From assembly GCA_951406725.2 (NCBI GenBank), contig OX597821.1, positions 22,816,001 to 22,880,000 of the forward strand: a stretch of 64,000 bases of DNA. Reading direction: 5' to 3'. Each line of letters begins with the position of its first letter. Position 1 is the first letter of the stretch. A program made the position numbers and the translations under genes. The notes under the pieces were generated by a model. The model was given only the letters and a program-made list of their open reading frames with translations. It ran no database searches and was not told where the DNA came from. The stretch is from Octopus vulgaris (taxonomy: Eukaryota). This document shows, piece by piece, positions 1-11,859 of the stretch.

Positions 1-433
1 AGAAACTCAGATACTCCAGTGTTCCTGGTGATGAACCTGATTGAAGGATCATTATCAATCATGGCCTGGATCTCACCAACAAATCCAGGAATTCTTTTCT
101 TTTCAGAATGATCAGAGTGAGTTTTCCAAGCTGCCGTACCTTCGTAATCACCATTAGACTCATCCGACTCTTTCCAGTTCCTCTGCACTCTCCTCAGATT
201 GACACACAAACACTCTGAAACATTCGTATTGGGGCTTCTGATGAGAATACCAAGCAGTACAGCATGTCGATTCCAAATTTCTGGCAGAGTGAATTGCATC
301 ATGGTGCTGTTTTTCTCACAGATGGTGCCCAACAGACCCTACTATGCTGTGTAGTCGACAAAATCAAAAACAAACAATGCACATGCGCAAAATAAAAAAT
401 ATAAAATGGCGGCAATTTACCCATCATACTCTG
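1..433 (-). mobile_element. 5' end of a Tc1/mariner-superfamily DNA transposon (TIR plus N-terminal transposase), running off the window edge
   Basis: My translation from ATG 302 to the edge is open for 100 codons: MMQFTLPEIWNRHAVLLGIL...ISECLCVNLRRVQR-like first HTH...EIQAMIDNDPSIRFITRNTGVSEF. This fits a paired-HTH transposase N-terminus. The terminus CAGAGTATGATGGGTAAATTGCCGCC abuts TA at 434-435. Confidence 0.75.
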
Positions 434-1162
434 TATATATAAATATATATAGAAGTGAGTAGACAAATAAAAAAAATTTTATTTAAAAGTTTCATTGCAA
501 TTGTGATAAGAATTTTGCTTCCCGGCCACGTGTCAAAGATACGCGTGTCTTTACATGGTTGCTCAACTTGCTAGAAATAGCAGCTAAATTTCTCTCAAAT
601 CAACCCTACTGTCTTACAAAGTGAACACATGTACACCAAAGATTAAGCAGTTCTGGATACACCATCCTTTTTTTTTAAATCAGTGGTTTTCAATCTTTTT
701 AACTTTGTCATATACCATGGATCAATCACAGGATAATGCTCCACATTTAAATTGCCATTTAACACTGATAATTAATATAGCAAATACAACCATTTAAAAA
801 CCACTCTTTATCATTTTTGTTTTATCAGACCAGATATGGGGATATGAAGTGTTGTTGTCAATATTTTGCTGTTGCTGTTGGTGATGATGGCAGTGGTGGT
901 GGTAGTGTTTAAATACTATAGCTATATCAAATAAGGTTAGCAATTACTATTTAGAGCTTGTATCAAAATACACAAAATTTTCATAGGAAGGAAGTGGGGG
1001 AGAGAGAGAGACAGACAGACAGACAGACTGAGAGAAAGAGATGCACAAGCAGAGAGAGACTATTATATGTCAGAGATGTTATTGAAAAGTGTCAATTTTT
1101 TTGCATTGTCATATCAAAGCTGTCTAAAATATGCAACTTTTTTTTTTGGCAAGGAAGGGGTG

Positions 1163-1193
1163 TGAACGTGTGTGTGTGTGTGTGAATGTGTGA

Positions 1194-1238
<45 letters not shown>

Positions 1239-1279
1239 TGTGTGTGTGTGTGAGTGTGTGTGAATGTGTGAGTGTGTGA

Positions 1280-1310
<31 letters not shown>

Positions 1311-1333
1311 TGTGAATGTGTGAGTGTGTGTGA

Positions 1334-1420
<87 letters not shown>
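1163..1420. repeat. (GT)n microsatellite with GAAT interruptions
   Basis: Directly visible. Confidence 0.97.
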
Positions 1421-1421
<1 letters not shown>

Positions 1422-2603
1422 TACATCTCCCTTTATATATATTTTTTTTAAATTTCAAAGGAAATTTAATATTTTTATAATTATCATTATGCTTTTTTAA
1501 AAATCAAATTGAATATAAAATATTGATAGAAAGAAAAACAAAAAAAATGAATAATTTTCCCAAGTGAATCTGATTCACTAAAAAACTACTAAATCTTTAA
1601 AAATTCAATATGGACCGTTTCACTATTCACTGAACTTTATTCATTCATTCTGTAATGAATAATGAGTGGTACTGTTTACACAGATAATTAAATTTTTTTT
1701 TTTATTAATTAATCATATGTATTAAATGGTAATCTATTTTAGCAGTGTTATCATGAAATGAATAGCCGCCGAAGTAAGGAATTTAAACATAAAAGACTAG
1801 TTCAAAATTCAGTGACTGTTATTAATATGATGTTTAATTAATTTTACAAATTAGAAATTGAATAAATATAATCTGTTTTGTCTTTTTTTTCTTTTTAACT
1901 TATAATCATCATTCTTTCATAATCGTTTTAACATCTGCTATTTCACACTTGTATGGTTCAGAGACAATTTTTTTGAAACAGATTTTTCTGTAGCTGGATG
2001 CTTTCCTTGTCAGCAAACTTCGCCTCTTTTCACGTCCACGAGCAGACGTGCTTTTGACGCAAAGACTGGAAACAAACAACACTGCTTGTATGATGGTGAT
2101 GCTTGTTTACAATCAGCATGTGAAGTCAAGACAAGAGTAAACACACACATGCACACAATATATATGCACACACATGCATGCGCACCCGCCCACACACACA
2201 CTCTTTCCACAGTAGGCAAAAAACTTGAAATTTTAAGGAGGAGGAGGAGGATAATGAGGAGGAAAAGAATGAGGATGAGTACAAGGAGGAGGATGATGAT
2301 GATGACGACGCAGAGGGCAAAGAAGAGAACAATGACGATGACAGTGATGACCCTGACGTTACCAGTCCTGCTTGAGTTGTACAGACGCTACCTTGTCCAG
2401 TGTCAGAATCAGAAATTCAAGGGACCAACATGGTTAGTTAAAAATTTATAATCAACATCACAAGGCTTTGGTTAGCCTCAAGGATACAGTAGAAAGCACT
2501 TGATCAAGGTGCCATGCAGTGGGACTGAAACCAGATCCATGTGGTTTGGGAACAAGCTACTTACCACCCAACCACACCAATGCCATAAAGAAAATAAATA
2601 AAA

Positions 2604-3002
2604 CTAGCAGTATCGCCCGGCATTGCTCGGGTTTGTAAGGGAAATAACTATATAAGCATTTTTAGAGATGTAAAGTATAATAGCCATCTCAATATGGCTA
2701 ACCACAAAAGGGGAGGGGGTGTTACTGTAGCTTTTTACGTTCTGAGATTTAATAATAAATTTTTAGAGAGTTACTTCCCTTATATATGCCAAAAATGTAT
2801 TAAAAATGGGAAAAATTGATGGTAAATTTTTTTTTAAATCGTTGACTCATCGTAGACGCGCGCTAATACCCAGAAGGCTCGATATGAATCACGACTATAA
2901 GATACCCGGTTTTGGTTAAACTGCACCGCAAAATGTGGGAGTAGTTAGGAATCTAAATCATAGGAGACAGACAGCACACAACCTCACTTTTATATATAAA
3001 GA
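2604..3002 (-). mobile_element. Non-autonomous Helitron
   Basis: On the minus strand it reads A|TC TTTATATATAAAAG ... CCCGAGCAATGCCGGG hairpin ... CTAG|T: 5'-TC, 3'-CTAG, subterminal hairpin, A/T insertion site, no TSD. Three copies in the window. Confidence 0.8.
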
Positions 3003-3019
3003 TTACAAAAGACACTCAC

Positions 3020-3149
3020 AAAAGGTTTCTTCTTCTTTTTCTCAATAAGATCTTTTTTCCAAGGCGGAATGGTGTTTCTGGGTTTGTCAGTAGCTGTGGT
3101 TTCTGTGTGTTTCTCTTCTCGAGAGTGCTTTTTTGATTCTCTATGAGAC
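3020..3149 (-). CDS. Internal coding exon of uncharacterised host gene: (R)SHRESKKHSREEKHTETTATDKPRNTIPPWKKDLIEKKKKKPF
   Basis: Strong polypyrimidine acceptor (ttttcttctaaatttcag|G), donor TTT|gtgagt, 130 nt open, phase 2 to 0. Confidence 0.8.
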
Positions 3150-3227
3150 CTGAAATTTAGAAGAAAAAAAGAAAAGGTAAAATAGCATGGAAAATGTTAT
3201 ACTTCCTTTCTTTTATATATATATATA

Positions 3228-3722
3228 CTAGCAGTATCGCCCGGTGTTGCTCGAGTTTGTAAGGGAAATAACTATATAAGCATTTTTAGAGAGTTATAGC
3301 CAAAAAATAGCAAAAAAATGCATTAAAAATGGAAAAAAATGATGGTAAATTTTTTTTAAATCGTTGACTCATCGTAGACATTTTTAGAGAGTTACTTCCC
3401 TTATATAATAGCGAAAAAATGCATTAAAATGGAAAAAAATTATGGTAAATTTTTTTAAAATCATTGACTCATCGTAAACATTTTTAGAGAGTTATTTCCC
3501 TTATATAATAGTGAAAAAATGCATTAAAATGGAAAAAAATTATGGTAAATTTTTTTAAAATCGTAGACTCATCGTAGACGCGCGCTAATACCCAGGCAGG
3601 CTCGATATGAATCATGACTATAAGATACCTGCTTTTGGTTAAACTGCACCGCAAAATGTGGGAGTAGTTAGGAATCTAAATCGTAGGAGACAGACACGCA
3701 ACTTGACTTTTATATATAAAGA
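3228..3722 (-). mobile_element. Non-autonomous Helitron (same family) with three internal ~100-bp subrepeats
   Basis: Same TC...hairpin...CTAG termini. The unit catttttagagagtt...gactcatcgtaga is repeated three times. Confidence 0.8.
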
Positions 3723-4145
3723 TTTTGTTTTTGGATTTGGTTTGCAAGATTCTTTATATGAGTTTGTGTGTTGAAGCATATTCCGTTGTGTCTGGGGAGA
3801 ATCATTTTCTTTTTGTGCCTTATAATGTAACACACTCACCGGTAAAATTTCCACTTATTTCTTATTTTTATTTTCCTAAAATTTTCATTGTCTTTTCAAT
3901 AGTCTTGACAGTGTCCGTTATTTACACTGTGTTCCCTTTTGTCTGTTTGTGTGCATGTGTGTGGGTCAGTGTGTGTGTGTGTGTGCCTATGTATGCATGT
4001 ACGTATGTATGTGTATATGTATGTTTGCATGCATGTGTATGTATGTATATATGTATGTATGTGTGTGCATCTGTATGTATGATGTAATACATAATTCTCC
4101 TTAACACTAAACGACATGAAAATTAAAAGAAAATTTTAAAAACCA

Positions 4146-4180
<35 letters not shown>

Positions 4181-4183
<3 letters not shown>

Positions 4184-4579
4184 TCTTTTACTTGTTTCAG
4201 TCATTTGACTGCGGCCATGCTGGAGCACCGCTTTTAGTCGGGCAACTCGACCCCGGGACTTATTCTTTGTAAGCCTAGTACTTATTCTATCGGTCTCTTT
4301 TGCCGAACCGCTAAGTGACGGGGACGTAAACACACCAGCATCGGTTGTCAAGCAATGCTAGGGGGACAAACACAGACACACAAACACACGCATGCACATA
4401 TATATATACATATATACGATGGGCTTCTTTCAGTTTCCGTCTACCAAATCCACTCACAAGGCTTTGGTCGGCCCGAGGCTATAGTAGAAGACACCTGCCC
4501 AAGATGCCACGCAGTGGGACTGAACCCGGAATCATGTGGTTGGTAAACAAGCTACTTACCACACAGCCACTCCTGCGCC
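4181..4579 (-). mobile_element. tRNA-derived SINE family A (~400 bp)
   Basis: Head GGCGCAGGAGTGGCTGTGTGGTAAG with B-box-like GGTTCAGTCCC, internal (TA/TG)n, tail ...GACTGAAACAAGTAAAAGAGT. More than 10 copies in the window. Confidence 0.9.
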
Positions 4580-4789
4580 TTTATATATATAATACTTTAA
4601 CTAGTTCCAGCTGGAGAGTAATGACCATGCTGGGGCACTGCCTTGAAGGGTTCTGTCAAACAAACTGATCTCAGAACTTACTACTTTCCTAGATCTAGAA
4701 CTAAAGCTATTGCTCTTTTTCTTTTTTTTTTTTGCAAAACCGTTGAGTGTCTGTAAGTGCATGTGTGTGCATGAATATAGACATGCATG

Positions 4790-5181
4790 CATTCTTTCAC
4801 TTGGTTCAGTCATTTGCCTTTGGCCATGCTGGAGCACCACCTTAAAGGGTATTAGTCAAACAAATTGAACCCAGGACTTATTGTTTGTAAGCCTAGTATT
4901 TATTCTATCAGCCTCTTTTGCCGAACTACTAAGTTACAAGGACAAAAACACACCAGCATCAGTTGTCAAGTGATGGCAGAGGGACAAACACAGACACACA
5001 CACACACACACATATACACACAACAAACTACTTTCAGTTTCCGTCCACCAAATCCACTCACAAGGCTTTGGTTGGCCTCAAGGATACAGTAGAAAGCACT
5101 TGATCAAGGTACCTTGCAGTGGGACTGAAGCCAGAACCATGTGGTTTGGGAACAAGCTACTTACCACCCAACCACACCTGC
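4790..5181 (-). mobile_element. SINE family A, diverged copy
   Basis: Colinear similarity to 4181-4579. Confidence 0.8.
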
Positions 5182-5342
5182 ATGTGTATATTAAAATGTA
5201 TGTTCTAAGAAGGTCATAAGTAGGTAGCAACAAACACCCCACCACCTCATATTTTCCTTAATCTTCCTCTCCATCAACAATTCCCTGATGTTGCTCAACC
5301 ATGTTCTTCCTACAGCTCTTTTATCCATCTCAGTGGTTAGAG

Positions 5343-5540
5343 CAGTGGTTTTCAACCAGGGTTCTGCGGAACCTTAGGGTTCCGCCAGTACAGTGCAGGG
5401 GTTCCGCAAGAAGTTACAAAAATGCTAAAATCAGCAGTAATTTTTAAGTCTCCTGTGCAGAAATTATTGCACAGGGGTTCCTCGAGTCAGTGGAATGTTT
5501 CCTTGGGGTTCCTCTCCAGCAAAAAGTTTGAAAAGCACTG
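5343..5540. mobile_element. hAT (Charlie-like) MITE with 8-bp TSD GGTTAGAG, inserted in a tRNA-SINE head
   Basis: TIRs CAGTGGTTTTCAAC / GTTTGAAAAGCACTG; TSD at 5335-5342 and 5541-5548. Confidence 0.9.
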
Positions 5541-6157
5541 GGTTAGAGTGTCAGGCTAACAATCATGAGGTAGTGAGTCTGATTCCCAGACTGGGTTGTG
5601 TGTTGTGTACTTGAGCAAGACACTTTATTTCACATAAATCCAGTTCACTCAGCTGTAAAAATGAGTTGTGACATCATCAGTGCCAAGCTGTATCAGCCTT
5701 AGCCTTTCCCTTGTATAACATCAGTGATGTAGAGAGGGGAAGCTGGCATGCATGGGTGACTGCTGGTCTTCCATAAAGAACCTTGGAGGGAAACTTTCTA
5801 AGTGCAATATCATGATCATTCATGACCGAAGGGGGTCTTTTCCCTTTATCCTTTACCCATGAATAATCATATTCTTATAAAGGAAGAGTGCCATAGAGTG
5901 TCACATTACATAACCAAACCAATTCATTTTCTGCTTCTTAACAGTAGAGTCTACTGATTTGCAGACTTCCCAAGAATGTATTTCCTAACACCCTCGTTAG
6001 TTCTACACTTTGTATTAGGAATGCAAAACATCTTAACATCTTTCTATAGCATTTTATTTTAAAGGCCATGCTTGCTCTCACTTTCAGCATCTAACCTCCA
6101 ACATATGCTCACATAAAATGCAGTTGAAATTACGATTTCTCTTAACATATCTTGGTT

Positions 6158-6565
6158 ACTCTTTTACTCTTTTACTTGTTTCAGTCGTTTGACTGCGGCC
6201 ATGCTGGAGCACCGCCTTTAATTGAGCAACTCGACCCCGGGACTTATTCTTTGTAAGCCCAGTACTTATTCTGTCGGTCTCTTTTTGCCGAACCACTAGG
6301 TGACGGGGACATAAACACACTAGCATTGGTTGTCAAGCAATGCTAAGGGAACAAACACAGACACACAAACACACACACATACATATATATATACATATAT
6401 ACGACAGGCTTCTTTCAGTTTCCGTCTACCAAATCCACTCACAAGGCTTTGGTCGGCCCGAGGCTATAGCAGAAGACACTTGCCCAAGGTGCCACGCAGT
6501 GGGACTGAACCCAGAACCATGTGGTTGGTAAACAAGCTACTTAACACACAGCCACTCCTGCGCCT
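6158..6565 (-). mobile_element. SINE family A
   Basis: Full-length copy, highly similar to 4181-4579. Confidence 0.9.
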
Positions 6566-6681
6566 ATTTACAGAAACCTTTCTTATTTTTTTCTATTGCC
6601 TAATTTTGGTATTGTTGCCGAAGGTGCTGCAGTGAATATTGTGCATTTTTACTTCAATCTCTCATCTTCCATTATTATTAG

Positions 6682-6892
6682 TGGCAAGCTGGCAGAATCG
6701 TTAACATGCTGGACAGAAATACTTAGCAACATTTCAGCCATCTTTACATTCTGAGTTCAAATTCTGCCAAGGTTGACTTTGCCTTTCATCCTTTCAGGGT
6801 TGATAAGTTAAGTAAGTACCAGTCAAGCCCTGGAATCAACTAGACCCCTCCCCACTAAATTTCAGACCTTCTACATGTAGTAGAAGGGATTG
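6682..6892 (+). mobile_element. SINE family B (MetaSINE-like core), diverged
   Basis: Head GGCAAGCTGGCAGAATCGTTA, B box GAGTTCAAATTC, core GCCTTTCATCCTTTCAGGGTTGATAA...AAGTACCAG. Confidence 0.75.
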
Positions 6893-7454
6893 TTTTACCA
6901 AATATTCAAGTACATCGCTCTCTCTATCTCTCCACACACACACATACATCATCATTATTTGGCATCCACTTTTAATTGGATTAGACAGAATTTGTTGAGG
7001 CAGATTTCCTACACCTGGATGCTCTTCCTGTTGCCAACCCTCACATATTTCTAACCAAGGTGATATTTACCCATACCTAGACATGTTTTTCATGGGAGAC
7101 TGGAAAGAACAACACTGCTTGTATGATGGTGATGCCTATTTACAACCATCACATAATATCAAGACAAGGGTGCACACATATAGACACATACATACATTAC
7201 ATATATATACGTGTGTGTTTGTGTGCACATATATGTGTGTGTATATTTGAGCATATATAATATGAGAGAAAGTGAAAGAAAATGGAATTCACGAGATTCT
7301 TTATTAATCACTATGATTGTTTTTGTTTTAACTCATCATGCATCGGTCCCTCACAGATGGGATGTTATTCAAACAGTTGTGGTGCATCACAGCATACTTC
7401 AAGATGTATTTTTAAATGGCATAATGGTGATGGCCATTTATACATTTTGTTCTG

Positions 7455-7701
7455 GGCACCTGTGTCAGTGACACATGTAAAAAGATTCGAGCGAGGTCAT
7501 TGCCAGTACCGCCTGACTGGCCCCTGTGCAGGTGGCACGTAAAAAGCACCCACTACACTCTCGGAGTGGTTGGCGTTAGGAAGGGCATCCAGCTGTAGAA
7601 ACTCTGCCAGATCAAGACTGGAGCCTGGTGCAGCCACCTGGTCCGCCAGTCCTCAGTCAAAACCGTCCAACCCATGCTAGCATGGAAAACGGACGTTAAA
7701 C

Positions 7702-7732
<31 letters not shown>
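7455..7732 (+). mobile_element. Repeat family C: RTE-type 3' end/SINE ending in (GAT)n
   Basis: GGCGTTAGGAAGGGCATCCAGC...CCCATGCTAGCATGGAAAA...TTAAACGATGATGAT. Other copies near 15362, 25945, 27690, 31236, 40830, 41790 and 49275. Confidence 0.75.
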
Positions 7733-7734
<2 letters not shown>

Positions 7735-8156
7735 GTTGAGAGAATCACAGTTCCCTAATACAATAATTGCATTCAATAACTGATCCCAAACTTGCTCGAA
7801 TCATGGGATCAATTAATAAATGTGATTATTGTATTAGGGAACTATGATTCTCCAAATTTATCTGAGAAATGTGTAAGCTGGAATAAAATGAATAAATATC
7901 TATTAACTCTGTGACTTTTCTATGACACACTGTAACACCATATCAAATATACTTGGTGACTAAGCTTTGGATTTACAAATTAGACTGGTAATGGTTTGTT
8001 TAAGTATAGATTATGAGGATTTCTCTACTTATCACAGGTCAATTTAGTTAACCAGGTTTGCTTCGTTTTCTTCACAGAGAGCTTATAAAGTATTTGGTTA
8101 GATCTTTAATCCCCTTTTTCATTTGATATTTACACACACTATATATATATATTTGA

Positions 8157-8237
8157 GGCTCTGATGAAGCTGTAAGATGTTACTTAAGCACTCAATTATG
8201 AGTCCGCTGCATCTTGTAGCAGAAACAGCTGTAAGCT
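8157..8237 (+). ncRNA. Type I hammerhead ribozyme-like motif (minimal, palindromic stem III)
   Basis: GGCT-CTGATGA(8161)-stem II GCTGTAAGATG/CATCTTGTAGC-GAAAC AGCT GTA(8233)-AGCT. The core matches CUGANGA/GAAA/NUH; the first stem II pair is an A-A mismatch. Confidence 0.7.
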
Positions 8238-8284
8238 AATGTAGTTCATAAGATAATTGTTTATTTCTTTATCATCTTACTTAC

Positions 8285-8365
<81 letters not shown>

Positions 8366-8430
8366 TATATATACACCTTATTCATTGACAAGAATAGTGT
8401 TGACTGATTTTGAAGTTTTAGCTTGCTAAC

Positions 8431-8480
8431 CTGATAAAGGATGACAGACCAAAATTTTCAAAGTCACTTCCAGCACCATT
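8431..8480 (-). CDS. Candidate 50-nt coding exon NGAGSDFENFGLSSFI(R)
   Basis: Acceptor ttcttattcttttacaag|A, donor CAG|gttagc. Phase 0 to 2, joins exon 3149-3020 in frame. Confidence 0.55.
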
Positions 8481-8618
8481 CTTGTAAAAGAATAAGAAAT
8501 GTATTGAGGAATTCTTCAGTTTAATGTAAAACAAACATAAATTTATATATATATGTATGTGTATGAGTGTATATGCATATGTGTATACATATGCATACAT
8601 GAATGTTATATATATATA

Positions 8619-8649
<31 letters not shown>

Positions 8650-8822
8650 ATATATGTGCATATATGTATGCATATATATATAGGTATATACATATATGTA
8701 TGTATATGCACATAGAGAAACATACACACACATACACACACACACACACACATACACATGCATATGTTCAAAAATACATGTGAATGTGTGGGTACATGGG
8801 CATGTGGGGGTATATATCTGAC

Positions 8823-8898
8823 TGTCATCTTGAGCCTCTGGTTTGTAAATTGATGACACGTTCTGCTCCAGTTCACAACAAGAATTCTGACATCATCA
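8823..8898 (-). CDS. Candidate coding exon (S)DDVRILVVNWSRTCHQFTNQRLKMT
   Basis: Acceptor tatctcgaag|T, weak donor ACA|gtcaga. Phase 2 to 0 bridges exons 11405 and 8480. Confidence 0.3.
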
Positions 8899-9674
8899 CT
8901 TCGAGATAATAACAACAACAACAACAAACAATAATAATGATAATAATAAGGACAAGGAAGAAGATTGAAATGAATAATCATGCTATGGCAGTGATGATGG
9001 TGTTGTAGTTATGATGGTGTAGTAGTGGCAGTGGTGCTGGTGGGGTTTTATGGGGGGTGGGGGGTGGAGGGCAAGTGAGGGAGGGAGGAAGGTTAGAGAA
9101 GAGGAATGTGTAAAAAAGAAGTAAGGTTGTTTCCATATGATATTTGTGTGATATAAGATCCCTTTCCACCCCACCATCTTGGCCTTCCATTCCCTTCTCT
9201 CATAAAACATTTAATTGAAGACCACCACCACCACCTCGAATCCAGAACAAGGACAAAAACAAAAACATAAAAAAACAGAAAGAAAGAAAGAACGGTGAAT
9301 AAAAGTAAAAAATAAGGAATGTCAAAAGAAATGAAAAGATTGTCAGCGGGGTGGCGTGAGGCGGGTTATGAAGTGTGGGGCTTGAGAAATGATGTGTAGT
9401 GGGGTAGCAGGGGGGGAGAACAAAATCAAAATACAGTATAAAGTAATTTGAAAAATATAATGAACAACAATGGTTTTGAATTTTGGCACAAGGCCGGCAG
9501 TTTTAGGAGGATGTGGTTTGTCAGTTTTTAGTTGGTAGTTTATTTTATTGACTTCAGATGACATGAAAGACAAAATCAATTTAAGAGGGATTTGAACTAG
9601 AAGACATTTTTTTTTTCTTCTTCTTGTCAGATTCTGTCAGATCACCATCTTAATAATAATAATAATAATAATCT

Positions 9675-10330
9675 TTTCTACTATAGGCACAAGGGGTGAA
9701 ATTTGTGGGAAGGGATAGCCAATTACATTAACCCCCAGTCAGTGCTCAACTGGTACTTATTTCATCAACCCCGAAAGGATGAGAAACAAAGTCGACCTCA
9801 GCGGAATGTGAACTCAGAATGCGAAGATAGACAAAAGTACTAAGCATTTTGCCCAGCATGTAAATGATGCTGCTAACCCACCACCTGGAGGAAGAGGAGG
9901 AGGAGGAGGGGGAAGAAGAAGAAGAAGAAGAAGAAGAAGAAGAAGAAGAAGAAGAAGAAGAAGAAGAAGAAGGAGAAGGAGGAGAAGAAAAAGAAGAATT
10001 CTTTCTATTATAGGCACAAGATCAGAAAATTATAGGGGTGAGGGGGCCAATTGATTACACTGACCCCAGTACTCAACTGGTACTTATTTCACCAGTCCCC
10101 AAAGTATGAAAGGCAAAGTCAACCTTGGCAGAATTCAAAGGGTCAAATCAGAAGAAATGCTATGAAGCATTTTGTCTGAAGTGCCAGCAATTTTGAGATC
10201 AAGGAGATCAGTCAATAACATTGACCCCAGTATTAGACTGGTACTTTCTATTATCGGCCCTGGAGGGATGACAGGCAAAGCTGACCTCAGCGAAATTGAA
10301 CCAGAAAAATGTGAGGTGAAATCATATATG
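9675..10330 (-). mobile_element. Cluster of diverged SINE family B copies around a (GAA)n tract
   Basis: Repeated CTGGTACTTATTT...CCCGAAAGGATGA...GTCGACCT core in reverse orientation. Confidence 0.7.
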
Positions 10331-10455
10331 AAGAAGAGAAAAATAATGTTTATTAAAATCTTTTCTACTACAGGCACAATTTTGGGGAAGGGGTTAAGTC
10401 AATTACATCAACCTCAATCCTCAACTAGTTAAGGTTCATGGTTTGGTGGTTAGGG

Positions 10456-10656
10456 CAGTGGTTTTCAACCAGGGTTCCGCCAGTACAGTCCAGGGGTTCA
10501 GCAAGAAGTTACAAAAATGCTAAAATCGACAGTAATTTTTAATTCTCCTGTGCAGATATGTGTGCATAGGACAATTAAATTATTGCACAGGGGTTCCTCG
10601 AGCCAGTGAGATGTTTTCTTGGGGTTCCGCTCCAGCAAAAAGTTTGAAAAGCACTG
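10456..10656. mobile_element. hAT MITE with 8-bp TSD GGTTAGGG, inserted in a tRNA-SINE head
   Basis: Same TIRs as 5343; TSD at 10448-10455 and 10657-10664. Confidence 0.9.
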
Positions 10657-11404
10657 GGTTAGGGTGTTGGACTCATGATCGTAAGGTTGTGGTTTTGATT
10701 CCTGGACTGGGTAACATGTTCTTGAGCAAAACACTTCATTTCACGTGGCTCCAGTCCAATGAGCTGGCAAAAATGAGTAATCCTGCAACAGGCCAGCATC
10801 CTGTCCCAGTTGGGAATATATACGCCATGAAACAAGCCCTTATGAGTCAGCATGCTCAAGAAGGTGACTTTACCTTACTTTTTACCGGTACTCAACTAGT
10901 ACTTAATTTATCGACCCCAAAAGGATGAGAGAGAAAGTCGACCTTGGCAGAGTTTTATCTCAGAACGTAAAGACCAAGGATAATGCTGCTAAGCATTTTG
11001 TCCAGCGGGGCAACAATTCTGCCAGCTCGCCACCTAATGTTTATTATAATATAAGGAAAATCAATTGAAAATGTAATTAACAATAAATAAAAAATATCTA
11101 AAAATAATATGTTCCCACCACACCTTTCGAAGGCATATTTTTTTTGTGTGCATGTTTTTCTGTTCCCTACTGCCACACGACAAGACCTCCTTAAAATAAA
11201 TATTATTGAGAAATGTCACAAGGGGCAACAGAGGGTTGCAATATATCTTGGCAATTAATCACACATTTTTCTTTTTTTTTAGTGTTTTTTTTTTCCTGGA
11301 AAAACCTATGAGTTGTAGGAATACCATTAAAAGAGAGAGAGAGAGAGAGCTAGCTGTAATTGCCTGACTCCAACCAAACCCCAGTCACAACAAACAACAC
11401 TAAC

Positions 11405-11518
11405 CTAAATGATTTCTTTATTTTGGTGATGTTGGCAGTTGTGGTAGCAGAGGTGGTGGCGGCAGGAGTGGTGGTGGTAATGTTGCTAGTGCTGTAGTGG
11501 AGTGTGTCTGGTAGTAAT
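11405..11518 (-). CDS. Candidate 114-nt symmetric coding exon (R)LLPDTLHYSTSNITTTTPAATTSATTTANITKIKKSF
   Basis: Acceptor ttttacacctacacacag|A, donor TTAG|gttagt. Phase 2 to 2, in frame with the first exon. Confidence 0.6.
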
Positions 11519-11617
11519 CTGTGTGTAGGTGTAAAAATAATGTGCGTGGGTGTAGTGTATGTGTAATAATCATTTATATGTGTATGATAATCATGTGTGT
11601 GTGTGTGCGTATGTATG

Positions 11618-11648
<31 letters not shown>

Positions 11649-11859
11649 CTGAGTTCATCCCTTCTTGCTTGGCTCATGTTGTTATTCTTTTTTGTTTTCT
11701 TTAACGTCAGTTTGATATACATTTTGTTCCACGACCATATTCATCAAACAAGAATAACACTGAAAATGACTTTTAAAATTTATTTGCCACAGGGGCATGA
11801 GACAAGAGGACCATTACCAGAACAGCTTACAATTTCTGTGCATGTATGTATGTGTGTGG

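Noticed and set aside
681-805. Small hAT-like MITE (CAGTGGTTTT...AAAACCACT)
   Set aside because: The right end is imperfect and there is no matching 8-bp TSD
2363-2391. Possible 29-nt exon VASVQLKQD following exon 3020
   Set aside because: Weak acceptor with no polypyrimidine tract; cannot be supported without RNA data
3279-3580. CRISPR-like regular repeats
   Set aside because: Contiguous ~100-bp tandem units with no unique spacers, inside a Helitron, in eukaryotic DNA
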